A stretch of DNA of 64,000 nt from a virus (lineage: Duplodnaviria; Caudoviricetes). The translations under genes and the position numbers were made by a program. Location: IMG/VR virus record IMGVR_UViG_3300024346_000003. One strand, 5' to 3'. This document shows, piece after piece, positions 39,311 through 49,318 of this stretch; within the stretch, counting starts at the first letter, position 1, and every line of letters starts with the position of its first letter. Under the pieces are notes generated by a model that saw only the letters and a program-made list of their open reading frames with translations, searched no databases and was not told where the DNA came from.

Positions 39311-39380
39311 TTTACATTATGTACCATATGATATAATTGGTGTATAGTATTTAGATTTTTTCAATTATATAAATATTTAT
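39311..39380 (+). promoter_or_regulatory. host-type (TTTAC-N16-TATAATTG) and late (ATATTTAT 39373-39380) promoters of the endonuclease
   Basis: Both motifs lie between the terminator and the ATG at 39395. Confidence 0.5.
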
Positions 39381-39394
39381 AATAAAAAAACTAT

Positions 39395-40291
39395 ATGGAT
39401 AAATTAATTGAAAATAAAATAATAGAACTTTATTTAAGCGGAATTGGGTCAACAACAATAGTTAAATTAACTAATATACCCAAACGTAAAATTTTAAATT
39501 TACTAAAAAATAAAAATATACTAAGAAATAGACATCATAGTAATGATTTTTATAATCAATTTTGGAATGAAGATGATATGTGGTGTGGTAATTGGGTTTG
39601 TGAAATGTGTAATGAAACAATTAAATTTTGTGTAAATAATAAAGTTTATTTAAATAGGAATTTAAATAAAAAGAAAATATGTAAAAGTTGTGCAAACAAA
39701 AATCAAATGGGTGAAAACAACTCATTTTATAGTAAAAAACATACTGAAAATAGTAAAAAATTAATATCGGAAAAAAAAATAGGTATTAAGACTAGTGACC
39801 ACATGAGCACCGATAAATATAGAAAAATAGTTAGTGATTTAGCCAAAGAAAGGTGGCAAAGTGGTAAAATGGAAAAAACTAGATTAAAATTAAGTCAAAT
39901 GATGAAAGACAAACACGCTAACGGTGAATTAAAATCAATAAATAGGTCAAAACCTGAATTTGAAATAATTGAATATTTAGAAAGTATTAATATAAAATGT
40001 GAACCAAGTTATAATGTGGAATCAAAAATATTTGACATATATATACCTAAATATAATTTATTAATAGAATATAATGGTGATTATTGGCATTGTAACCCTA
40101 AAAAATATGAGGCTGATTATTATAATAAGAAAAAAAATAAAACTGCTAAAGAAATATGGGAATATGATAAAAATAAACTTTACTTAGCAAAAAAATATGA
40201 TTATAATTGTATTGTAATTTGGGAAACAGATTACAAAAAAAATAAAAATATAATAAAAGAAATTTTTAATAATTATGAACAAATTAAATAA
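39395..40291 (+). mobile_element. free-standing homing endonuclease, Vsr/DUF559-like (EDxHD type) with HTH, Zn finger and NUMOD3-like segment
   Basis: N-terminal HTH, CEMC..CKSC, GENNSFYSKKHTENSKKLIS (NUMOD3-like), FDIYIPKYNLLIEYNGDYWH...YD..K...NCIVIWETD. Confidence 0.75.
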
Positions 40292-40292
40292 T

Positions 40293-41574
40293 ATGACCCC
40301 AGACAGTCGAAAAAAAACTAAGGTATTAGTAGTACCTAGCGACAGGTCTGGGGTCGGCTGAAGGTTATTTCAGAAGTGTTGCCCCACATGTTGGGTTAGA
40401 AAGATTCTACCCAGAAGAATTCCATGTTGATATTAATGAAACCCCAGATTTAAATAATGATGAATTTTTAAAACAATATGATATTGTACATTATCATAGA
40501 AATTTAGGTCAATATGAACAAATGCCTAGTTTATTAGAAAAATTAAAATCAATGGGTATTGTAACGATTATGGATTTAGATGACTATTGGGCACCAGGTC
40601 AACACCACCCAGCGTATTTGATTATTAAAAATTCTAAAATGTCTGAAAAAATTCTAGCAAATATTAAAATTGCTGAAAACATTACAACAACTACAGATGT
40701 TTTTGCAAGTGAAATTGGGAAATATAATAAAAAAGTTTTTGTATTGCCAAACGCAATTGACCCAACTGAAAAACAATACACACCAAATCCAGAAAAATCT
40801 GATAGAATTAGAATTGGGTGGTTAGGTGGTAGCTCACACTTAGAAGATTTAAAACTTTTAAGTGGGTTAGTTAATAAACTTAAATCAGATGGTTTGATGG
40901 ATAAAATACAATTTGTATTATGTGGTTTTGATTTAAGAGGTAATGTCACAATGATTGACCCTAAAACTGGTGAACAAACGCAAAGACCAATTAAGCCTAT
41001 GGAAAGTGTATGGTATGAATATGAAAAAATCTTTACGGATAACTATTCAAGCGTTAGTGAAGGTTATAAAAAACATTTATTATCATTCACAAAAGATGAA
41101 TATCATGATATAGCTAATGAACCATACAGAAGAGTCTGGACTAAACCAGTTAGCACATATGCTACTAATTATAACCTATTTGATATTTCATTAGCACCAT
41201 TGGCTGATAATCTTTTTAACAAAGTTAAATCACAATTAAAAGTGATTGAATCTGCTTTCCATAAAAAAGCATTGATTGCTCAAGACTTTGGACCATATCA
41301 AATTGATTTGGTTAACGCTAGAGTTAAATCTTTAGATAAAAATAACCCAGTAACATTTGATGGGACGGGTAACGCTTATTTAGTTAATAATAATGCTAAA
41401 GAATGGCATCAGTTTGTTAAAAGATTAATAAATAATCCAGAACAAATTGAAATACTATCAAATAATTTATATAATACTATAAAAGATAAATATTCTATTG
41501 AAGCTGTTTCTAAACAACGTAGAGAATTATATTTATCACTATTAAAAGAAAAGCAAAATGGTAATATTCAGTGA
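40293..41574 (+). CDS. GT-B (GT4-like) glycosyltransferase with a +1 frame break at 40359-40365 (recoded or pseudogene)
   Basis: Frame A ATG 40293 (or 40275): MTPDSRKKTKVLVVPSDRSGVG then TGA. Frame B from 40363: GYFRSVAPHVGLERFYPEEFHVDI...YDIVHYHR, continuous into ORF 40522..41574 (DLDDYW, IGWLGGSSH, DISLAPL..N.FNKVKSQLKVIE). Confidence 0.75.
40294..40373 (+). promoter_or_regulatory. two adjacent RNA hairpins flanking the frame break
   Basis: GACCCCAGAC(40295-304)/GTCTGGGGTC(40346-355), inner GTCG/CGAC and CTA.GGTA/TACCTAG stems; then CTGAA(40358-62)/TTCAG(40369-73) containing the TGA. Confidence 0.7.
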
Positions 41575-41683
41575 GTTCTACAACCTGATTCAGTGTGCAT
41601 ATGATGAAGAAGGAATTATCGGATTTTGTTATTTCGATAAGATAATGATAACCAGATATGGTTTTGAAATATTAAAAAAATAA
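41558..41683 (+). CDS. small hypothetical protein (41 aa)
   Basis: MVIFSEFYNLIQCAYDEEGIIGFCYFDKIMITRYGFEILKK; fills the gap exactly and overlaps the previous stop; below the ORF-track cut-off. Confidence 0.5.
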   Translation: MVIFSEFYNLIQCAYDEEGIIGFCYFDKIMITRYGFEILKK

Positions 41684-41687
41684 AGTT

Positions 41688-42314
41688 ATGGAAAAAATAC
41701 CTAAAGAAATACTTGATGCTATGAAAATAAATACTCAAGATGCAATAGCGTTTAATGGTTATTATAAATCTACTGATTTTACACCTAAACGAAAAAAGAA
41801 ATTAACAATTAAGAATAAATTTAAAAATTTACTTAAGAAGTTTACTAACAAAGTGAAAAAATCAAAACTATTAATTACAATTAAGAATTGGTATCGTAAA
41901 ACATTTACTGAACCTATTAGAGTTAAAAAAGCTAAAATAGAAGAAGAAAAATATATTAAAGAATTAAAAGCCAATTTTTCGAAAAAATTTAATGTTAATA
42001 TTGAAAAAACAATTTCAATAATGAATAGTCCAGGATATAGTCCACCAAACATTGATAATAATCAATTATTAATTGAAAATCGTTTAGATATTAATAAAAG
42101 AAAATCAATGTATAAATTTGCACCATTTATTTATGATGTTGATATTGTTGATATACATAATGAAAATATTAACCCTGAATACCCATCCATCAATGAGTTA
42201 ACAACCAGTGGGGATACTGAATCTTTAAATTTACTGGATAAACAACTTGAGTTTTTCAATAAACGACCACACTTAACAGTTGGTGGTAGAAAAAGAAGTG
42301 GTAAATTGTATTAA
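41688..42314 (+). CDS. hypothetical Lys-rich protein
   Basis: 208 aa, basic amphipathic N-terminal half. Confidence 0.55.
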   Translation: MEKIPKEILDAMKINTQDAIAFNGYYKSTDFTPKRKKKLTIKNKFKNLLKKFTNKVKKSKLLITIKNWYRKTFTEPIRVKKAKIEEEKYIKELKANFSKKFNVNIEKTISIMNSPGYSPPNIDNNQLLIENRLDINKRKSMYKFAPFIYDVDIVDIHNENINPEYPSINELTTSGDTESLNLLDKQLEFFNKRPHLTVGGRKRSGKLY

Positions 42315-42342
42315 AATAGTGGTTTTTAATTAAAATATATTA

Positions 42343-42352
42343 TATATTTGCA
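42343..42352 (+). promoter_or_regulatory. Bacteroidota-type -7 promoter element
   Basis: TATATTTGCA 30 nt upstream of the ATG at 42383. Confidence 0.6.
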
Positions 42353-42382
42353 CCATAACAATTATATTAAAATATTTTATTT

Positions 42383-42940
42383 ATGTCTTTGACTAAAGAA
42401 AGAATCCTTAAAAACGCAAAGAAATTTAATGAAACTGGTATTAAACACGGTTTTATTAATGATGAATTAATGAACCTATTAGGTCCAGAATTTATCGGAG
42501 CACCAGCTTGTAGCACAACTAACTTATACAACGCATTTGAAGGTGGATTAATACTTCACATTTTAAATACCACTAAATACGCTGTGTCTATTAATGAAAT
42601 GTTATCAGCTGAAAAGCAAGTACCAGCAGCATCACTAATTAAAGTTTGCTTTTTGCACCAAATTGGTAAAGCAAAAATGTTTGTAGAACAAAAATCACAA
42701 TGGCACCGAGATAATAAAGGTGAAATGTTTATCTTTAATGATGAATTATTAAGTATGACAGTTAGTGAACGTTCAGTTTATTACGCAATGTCATCTGGTA
42801 TTACATTGACTGAAGATGAAGTATTCGCTATGTACAATTATAATGATGATTTTTCAGGTAGACCCATGACAACTATTGGTGAGAAATTAGCTGCAATTGT
42901 TAGAATTGCAAATCAACTATCAGTTATTGAGGAAAAATAA
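42383..42940 (+). CDS. HD-domain-like phosphohydrolase (HQ variant)
   Basis: AFEGGLILH...CFLHQIGK. Confidence 0.6.
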   Translation: MSLTKERILKNAKKFNETGIKHGFINDELMNLLGPEFIGAPACSTTNLYNAFEGGLILHILNTTKYAVSINEMLSAEKQVPAASLIKVCFLHQIGKAKMFVEQKSQWHRDNKGEMFIFNDELLSMTVSERSVYYAMSSGITLTEDEVFAMYNYNDDFSGRPMTTIGEKLAAIVRIANQLSVIEEK

Positions 42941-42941
42941 T

Positions 42942-43514
42942 ATGGACAATAGAGTAAACGAATTATCAGACAAGTTATTTAAAGCTATTGACCCAAATAA
43001 CCCATACTCCTATGATGAATTCATTCACGAATATGGTAATGGGTATCAAGAATCAAATGACTCACCAACTTTTCTAATAAATTTAAATTTTGTTAATAAC
43101 TCTGAAAATGCAGACCCAGAATATGCAACCGAAGGTTCATCTGGGTTTGATTTAAGAGCATCAGCTTCTGTAAAAATTTTACCTGGTTGTTATGAAACAG
43201 TACCAACTGGTTTATTTTTTGAAATACCACCTAATTTTGAAATTCAAGTCAGACCAAGAAGTGGTTTAGCTGCAAAGAATGGTGTAACAGTTTTAAATAC
43301 ACCAGGAACTATTGATTCAGATTATAGAGGTGAAATCAAAGTGATATTAATTAATCATGGTAAAAAAGTATTCCAAATAGAAATGGGTGATAGAATTGCA
43401 CAAGGTGTAATCGCACAAACATCAACATCATATATCAAGTTAAACAAAGTTTCAAAAATATCTGACGATACAGAAAGAAGTTCAGGTGGTTTTGGTAGTA
43501 CAGGTATTAAATAA
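42942..43514 (+). CDS. dut: trimeric dUTPase with N-terminal extension
   Basis: [43 protein letters not shown]; start moved to ATG 42942. Confidence 0.95.
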   Translation: MDNRVNELSDKLFKAIDPNNPYSYDEFIHEYGNGYQESNDSPTFLINLNFVNNSENADPEYATEGSSGFDLRASASVKILPGCYETVPTGLFFEIPPNFEIQVRPRSGLAAKNGVTVLNTPGTIDSDYRGEIKVILINHGKKVFQIEMGDRIAQGVIAQTSTSYIKLNKVSKISDDTERSSGGFGSTGIK

Positions 43515-43529
43515 AAAAATAAAATAATT

Positions 43530-44591
43530 ATGAGTCAATTTATTGGGGATAAAGACATTAAAGTAGATTTTAATGATATATTAATTACACCAGCAATTAT
43601 AACTGATATTAGTAGTAGAAGTGAAATAAACCCATTCCATTCGAATGGGCTTTTACCACTATTTACAGCACCAATGGATACTGTAGTTGATGAAAGTAAT
43701 GCCGACTTGTTTATGAGTCACAAACTAAATATTTGCTTACCTAGAGGTGAAAATCGAACACAACATAGTATGTTCCAAGCATACTCACTTAAACAATTTA
43801 CAGAAAAGTTTATACTTGATGATTTAGCTGACGTTCTTATTGAACCAATTTATGTTTTAATAGATACAGCAAATGGTCATATTCTCGAATTAGTTGAAAC
43901 GACTAGAATAGCAAAAGAGAGATACGGAAATATGATGATACTAATGGTTGGTAATATTGCAAATCCAGATACATACAAAGTATTATCTAATGCTGGTGCT
44001 GACTATATTCGAGTTGGTATTGGAAATGGAAACGGGTGCTTAACCACACAACAGTTAGGTATCGGATACCCAATGGCTTCATTAGTTAGAGAATGTTATT
44101 ATGCTTCATTATCACTAGAAAAACCAGCTAAAATTGTTGCAGATGGTGGTATGAAAGATTATTCAGACATTATCAAAGCATTGGCTTTAGGTGCTAACTA
44201 TGTAATGCTTGGTAGTATCTTAAACAAGTGTGCTGAGTCATGCGGACAAAGCTTTTTGAAGGATAATGGTCGCCCAGTACCCATTAGTAATTTAGAAGCG
44301 GTAAATCACTTTAAAAGAGGTGATTTAGGTGAAGCTACCATTATTAAAGAATTTCGTGGTATGTCAACCAAAGAAGTACAAAGAAAATGGGGTAATGAAA
44401 CATTAAAAACATCTGAAGGTGTTGTTAGACATAGACCAGTTGAATACACTCTTGAACAATGGGTTGATAATTTCGAATCTTATTTACGTTCAGCAATGAG
44501 TTATGTTGGCGCAAGAACACTTGAGGAGTTTGTAGCAAATTCAGAATTTATAAATATAACAAATAATTCATATAATCGATTTAAAAAATGA
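43530..44591 (+). CDS. GMP reductase / IMP dehydrogenase family (no CBS domains)
   Basis: APMDTV, IDTANGH, VGNIA, RVGIGNGNGCLT, IVADGG, GMST. Confidence 0.8.
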   Translation: MSQFIGDKDIKVDFNDILITPAIITDISSRSEINPFHSNGLLPLFTAPMDTVVDESNADLFMSHKLNICLPRGENRTQHSMFQAYSLKQFTEKFILDDLADVLIEPIYVLIDTANGHILELVETTRIAKERYGNMMILMVGNIANPDTYKVLSNAGADYIRVGIGNGNGCLTTQQLGIGYPMASLVRECYYASLSLEKPAKIVADGGMKDYSDIIKALALGANYVMLGSILNKCAESCGQSFLKDNGRPVPISNLEAVNHFKRGDLGEATIIKEFRGMSTKEVQRKWGNETLKTSEGVVRHRPVEYTLEQWVDNFESYLRSAMSYVGARTLEEFVANSEFINITNNSYNRFKK

Positions 44592-45703
44592 TAAGTATAG
44601 TATATTGTACCAGAGAAGGTAATAAAAAACACTACGAACACCTAACAAAAGTTGCTGGTAACCCAAAAGTTGAGGTAATTGAGTATATAAATAATGGTGA
44701 AAGTTTAACTAAGTTTTATAATAAAGCTTTAAAAGAAACTAAAAATGATATAGTCGTGTTTGTACATGATGATGTTATTATTGAGACTAAACAATTGGTC
44801 AATAAAATTAATAGAATATTTGACAAAAATCCTGAGTATGGTATTGTTGGTATTGCTGGTACGAAATATTTATCAGAATCTGGCAGATGGTGGGATAACC
44901 CAAAAAATATGTATGGTAGAGTAGCACATACTCACGAAGGTAAAACTTGGTTGTCAGAATATAGTGCAGACCAAGACAGAAGACTAGAGGAAACAATTAT
45001 TGTTGACGGAGTATTTTTTGCGGTTCATAAAGGTAGAATTAAAAAACAATTTGATGAATCAGTTGAAGGTTTCCATTTCTACGATGTTGATTTTTGTTTT
45101 CAGAATCATTTAGAAGGTATTAAGATTGGTGTTACAACTGAGATTAGAGTGAATCATATGTCTATCGGAATGACAAATGAAAAATGGGAAGCTAATAGGG
45201 TTATATTTTCTGAAAAATATAAAGATAATTTACCAGTTAGAATTGATGAAACTTTTGAAAATAGAAAAATGAAAATCATGATTACATCAACTAATGAGGG
45301 TGATGACTTAATCAATAAAGCTAAATTAATTAAATCATTAATTGATTTAAATTGTGATGTAACATTAGTTGCCAATCTAGAACCAAAAGATTTTATTATT
45401 GCAAAACAAAGTGGTGCTAAATTAGCCTCATTATCTGAACCACCTGGATTCAGGTCTGGTGATGGTCAGTTCTCAATAAATACTGAGAATGGTCCAATGT
45501 TATCTGAGGTTGGTAAAATGTATAAATTGGGTATGGTACCATACGATATAATATATGTTGATAATGAACAAATCTTTAAAGCATATGGTAAAATGTATGA
45601 CGAATGTAAAATTGTTGACATAGAATCTAAAGAATATTATTTGTGTGATAAAACACCAGAAGGGTATAAAGAATTTTTTGTTAAAATGTTTAATCATGAA
45701 TAA
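44588..45703 (+). CDS. GT2-like glycosyltransferase (StrF/Glyco_tranf_2_5 type) plus C-terminal domain
   Basis: VVFVHDDV, GIVGIAGT, VDGVFF, FHFYDVDF. Confidence 0.75.
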   Translation: MISIVYCTREGNKKHYEHLTKVAGNPKVEVIEYINNGESLTKFYNKALKETKNDIVVFVHDDVIIETKQLVNKINRIFDKNPEYGIVGIAGTKYLSESGRWWDNPKNMYGRVAHTHEGKTWLSEYSADQDRRLEETIIVDGVFFAVHKGRIKKQFDESVEGFHFYDVDFCFQNHLEGIKIGVTTEIRVNHMSIGMTNEKWEANRVIFSEKYKDNLPVRIDETFENRKMKIMITSTNEGDDLINKAKLIKSLIDLNCDVTLVANLEPKDFIIAKQSGAKLASLSEPPGFRSGDGQFSINTENGPMLSEVGKMYKLGMVPYDIIYVDNEQIFKAYGKMYDECKIVDIESKEYYLCDKTPEGYKEFFVKMFNHE

Positions 45704-46337
45704 CCCATTAATTAATATTTTAACTAGAACATCTAATAGACCTAATGCTTTTTATTTAAATAAAAGCACAGTTAGAAGTCAGAGTTATAAAAATATAAGA
45801 CATATAGTTTCAGTAGATGATGAGTTTACTGAAGCTTATGTTAAAACCTATTCGGATGTAGATTATATTACTATCAATAAAAATAGTATAATTAACGATG
45901 ATAATTCAATCAACCCTAATACTGGAAAATACTCACCACATAATCTATATTTTAACCCATTAATGCGTGAGGTAAAAGAGGGTTGGATTATGATTCTTGA
46001 TGATGATGATAGATTTTCAAACGGAAACTCATTAGAAACTATTGTAAACTCAATTAAAGATGAGGATACTATGGTAATCTGGCAGATGAGATTTCCAAAT
46101 GGTATGGCACTACCACCAACAAATTTAATTAATGAACCACCAAAATTAGGAACAATCGGTTCTCCATGCATATTATTTCACTCAAAGTATCTTGGTGATA
46201 CTAAATGGGATGGGTGGAAATGTGGTGATTTTAGGTTTATTAATTCCATTTATAATAAAGTACCGAATAAAGTAACTATTCCAGAAATGTTAGTTACTAT
46301 CGGTCAAATCGGTGACGGAAATAGAAGTGATTTATGA
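45696..46337 (+). CDS. GT2 glycosyltransferase
   Basis: INILTRTSNRP, HIVSVDD, IMILDDDD, CGDFRF; start moved to 45696. Confidence 0.75.
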   Translation: MNNPLINILTRTSNRPNAFYLNKSTVRSQSYKNIRHIVSVDDEFTEAYVKTYSDVDYITINKNSIINDDNSINPNTGKYSPHNLYFNPLMREVKEGWIMILDDDDRFSNGNSLETIVNSIKDEDTMVIWQMRFPNGMALPPTNLINEPPKLGTIGSPCILFHSKYLGDTKWDGWKCGDFRFINSIYNKVPNKVTIPEMLVTIGQIGDGNRSDL

Positions 46338-47068
46338 TATCAGTTATTTTAAATGTTTATAAAAGACCATATAGTCTTGAAGAACAGATTAGGTCCATAT
46401 TAAATCAATCAATAAAAATTGAACCAGAAAATATACATGTTTGGTATAATACACCAGAAGATAAAACTATAATTCAAAATTTACCAAGTGATTTAAAAAT
46501 AAAAACATACCAATGTAACCATAATACTAAATTTTTTGGTAGATTTACATTACCATTATTATGTAAAACAAAATACGTTGCAATGTTTGATGATGACATA
46601 ATCTGCGGTAAAGATTGGTTCAAAAACTGTTTAGAAACTATAGAAAAAGAAGATGCTATTTTAGGTGGTAGTGGTGTACTTTTACACGGTAATCAATATC
46701 AACCGAATAGTAAAGTTGGTTGGAATGGTGTAAAAAGTTCTGAATCAATAGAAGTAGATTTAGTAGGGCACGCCTGGTTCTTTAAACAAGAATATGCAAA
46801 ATTTATGTGGTTGGAACAACCACCATCATGGGATAATGGTGAAGATATGTTTTTCTCATATGTTGCACAAAAGTACAATATAAAAACTATTGTACCACCA
46901 CATCCAGAAAATAATCAAGAACTATGGTCAAATGTACCAGGTCGTGATAGAAATATGGGAAATGATGCGGCAGCTTCTTGGATACATAATAAAGACCACA
47001 TGACACTTAGAAATAGTATTGCAACTACATTAATAAATAAAGGTTGGAAAATTGTAAAAATTAAGTAA
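46334..47068 (+). CDS. GT2-like glycosyltransferase (paralogue A)
   Basis: VILNVYKRP, VAMFDDD, NGEDMFFS. Confidence 0.75.
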   Translation: MISVILNVYKRPYSLEEQIRSILNQSIKIEPENIHVWYNTPEDKTIIQNLPSDLKIKTYQCNHNTKFFGRFTLPLLCKTKYVAMFDDDIICGKDWFKNCLETIEKEDAILGGSGVLLHGNQYQPNSKVGWNGVKSSESIEVDLVGHAWFFKQEYAKFMWLEQPPSWDNGEDMFFSYVAQKYNIKTIVPPHPENNQELWSNVPGRDRNMGNDAAASWIHNKDHMTLRNSIATTLINKGWKIVKIK

Positions 47069-47077
47069 TAGTGTTAG

Positions 47078-47085
47078 ATATTTAT
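47078..47085 (+). promoter_or_regulatory. putative late promoter ATATTTAT inside the glycan cluster
   Basis: 20 nt upstream of the ATG at 47106. Confidence 0.6.
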
Positions 47086-47105
47086 ATAAAAAATTAAAAC
47101 TTATT

Positions 47106-47852
47106 ATGAACACCAAAATTAAATTATGTTTATTTACAGTAACATATAAACGGCCAGAATTAACTGAATATGTTTTAAACTACTATAAAAACATAAAAGT
47201 TGAAATAGAAGACCTATGCGATTTAAAAATGATTTGTATTGGTTCTGATGGTGAGATTGGTAAAACAATAGCAGAAAAACATGGGTTTGAATATATTGAA
47301 TATAAAAATAACCCAGTATCTCAAAAACACAATTTTGGTGCTCAATCATGTAAAAAATATAACCCAGATGGTGTAATATATGTTGGTTCAGATGACATAA
47401 TGAGCATTGAATTTTTTAAACATTATATAGGTTTAATAAAAAATGGTTTTGATTTTTGTGGTGTAACTGATATCTATTTTTTAACAAAAGACAGGTTGGG
47501 TTACTGGAATGGATACCCAAAAAATAGTACCCGTTTTGGTGAACCAATAGGCCCTGGAAAATTATATAGTAAATCATTAATGGAAAAATTAAATTGGAGA
47601 CCATGGGGTGATGAAAATTGGGATAGAAAGTTAGATACATTAGTTACAAAAAATTTATCAAAATTAACATATAAAGGTTCAACCGTAACATGTGAAAAAT
47701 TAAAGGGTTATTTTATTGACATCAAAACAAATATAAATATCAGTGATATTAATGATTTTATTTATGATAAAGAATTTGGTATTGATTATATTAATCAATT
47801 AAATATTGATTATTATAAAATAAAAGATATATTAATAACAAAAAAGAAGTAA
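47106..47852 (+). CDS. GT2-like glycosyltransferase
   Basis: FTVTYKRPE, VIYVGSDD, PIGPGKLYSK, RKLD. Confidence 0.7.
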   Translation: MNTKIKLCLFTVTYKRPELTEYVLNYYKNIKVEIEDLCDLKMICIGSDGEIGKTIAEKHGFEYIEYKNNPVSQKHNFGAQSCKKYNPDGVIYVGSDDIMSIEFFKHYIGLIKNGFDFCGVTDIYFLTKDRLGYWNGYPKNSTRFGEPIGPGKLYSKSLMEKLNWRPWGDENWDRKLDTLVTKNLSKLTYKGSTVTCEKLKGYFIDIKTNINISDINDFIYDKEFGIDYINQLNIDYYKIKDILITKKK

Positions 47853-47853
47853 T

Positions 47854-48594
47854 ATGGGTGAAGTTTCAGTAATATTAAATGTATATAAAAGACCTTATAG
47901 TTTAGAAAAACAAATTGAGGCGATAAAAAAACAAACAGTAAAAGTAGATAGTTTAGATATCCACATATGGTTTAATAACCCAGAAGACGCTAAAGTCATA
48001 CAAAAACTACCAATAGATAAAAATATTAAAACTTATGTGTGTAATTATAATACTAAATTTTTCGGTAGATTTACATTACCATTATTATGTAAAACAAAAT
48101 ATGTTGCAATGTTTGATGATGATATTATACCAGGTGAAAAATGGTTAGAGAATTGTATTAATTCAATTCGAATTCAAGATGGTATATATGGTGGTAGTGG
48201 AATATTATTACATAGTGATGCTTATCTACCTCACACAAAGATTGGGTGGAACCAAGTAAATAATGATAAAATAACTGAAGTAGATTTAGTGGGACATGCC
48301 TGGTTCTTTAAACAAGAATATGCAAAATTTATGTGGTTGGAACAACCACCATCATGGGATAATGGTGAAGATATGTTTTTCTCATATGTTGCAAAAAAAA
48401 ATAATATAAAAACATTCGTCCCACCACACCCAAAAAACAATGTGAGCTTGTGGAGTAATAATCCAAAATTAGATAATAATATGGGTAGAGATGCAAATGC
48501 ACATTCATTAGCCAACCCTAACCATGTACAACAAAGGAATAATATAGTTAAAGCATTAATAAATAGAGGATGGAAACGAGTAGAATCAAAATAG
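47854..48594 (+). CDS. GT2-like glycosyltransferase (paralogue B)
   Basis: Clear paralogue of 46334..47068 with identical blocks. Confidence 0.75.
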   Translation: MGEVSVILNVYKRPYSLEKQIEAIKKQTVKVDSLDIHIWFNNPEDAKVIQKLPIDKNIKTYVCNYNTKFFGRFTLPLLCKTKYVAMFDDDIIPGEKWLENCINSIRIQDGIYGGSGILLHSDAYLPHTKIGWNQVNNDKITEVDLVGHAWFFKQEYAKFMWLEQPPSWDNGEDMFFSYVAKKNNIKTFVPPHPKNNVSLWSNNPKLDNNMGRDANAHSLANPNHVQQRNNIVKALINRGWKRVESK

Positions 48595-49316
48595 AAGATT
48601 TAAAAATCATGATACCAACTTGTGATAATTATATACATTTACTAGAAGGGTTGATGTATACTACCAGAAAATTTTGGTTATTAAAAAATCAATTTATAAT
48701 TCTTGGGTATAAAGAACCTAAATTTAAATTAGATGATAATTGGTCCTTTGTTAGTCTAGGTGTTGATAAAGGACCTTCAGAATGGTCAAACGATTTATTA
48801 ACGTTTTTTAATGACTTTAAAGATGAGTATTTCATTAATATGATTGATGATACGTTAATGACCAGGTTAAGTGATATAAAAAAAATTGAACTTGTTTTTA
48901 ACTATATGCAATCTAACAAATTAGTTAAAAAAGTTTTTTTACATGGTTCATTAACATCTGGCAATAAAAGCTTATACGGACCTATAGTATTAACACCAGT
49001 ACTAAATTTAAATTCAGAATTTTACGATGTGAATCAAGTATCAAATTATAGGAGTAGTTTACAATCTGCAATTTGGTATAAAGATTATTTTTTAAAACTA
49101 TTAAAACCAAATATGACACCATGGAGTTTCGAATTACAACATGCTAAAAATGACGGTGCTAGGATTTTAACAACTAAAGAAAATCACCCAACAATGTATT
49201 CACATTTATATAGAAAGGGAAATCAATTAATTGGACAGTGGTATAAATCTGTTTTCGAGGAAAGTCAATTAAGTGATAATGATATAACAATATTAAAAGA
49301 AATGTTAAAATTATAA
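48570..49316 (+). CDS. putative GT-A glycosyltransferase
   Basis: IMIPTCDNY, FINMIDD, SSLQSAIW, TPWSFE. Confidence 0.5.
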   Translation: METSRIKIEDLKIMIPTCDNYIHLLEGLMYTTRKFWLLKNQFIILGYKEPKFKLDDNWSFVSLGVDKGPSEWSNDLLTFFNDFKDEYFINMIDDTLMTRLSDIKKIELVFNYMQSNKLVKKVFLHGSLTSGNKSLYGPIVLTPVLNLNSEFYDVNQVSNYRSSLQSAIWYKDYFLKLLKPNMTPWSFELQHAKNDGARILTTKENHPTMYSHLYRKGNQLIGQWYKSVFEESQLSDNDITILKEMLKL

Positions 49317-49318
49317 TT

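Noticed and set aside
40359-40361. UGA reassignment or selenocysteine readthrough
   Set aside because: The downstream coding sequence is in a different frame, so readthrough cannot restore it; TGA and TAG terminate other genes normally (1360, 41574, 20285, 48594).
39262-40365. Group I/II intron containing the endonuclease
   Set aside because: No upstream exon (a terminator and promoters precede the ORF) and no room for a ribozyme core; not formally excluded without a covariance-model search.
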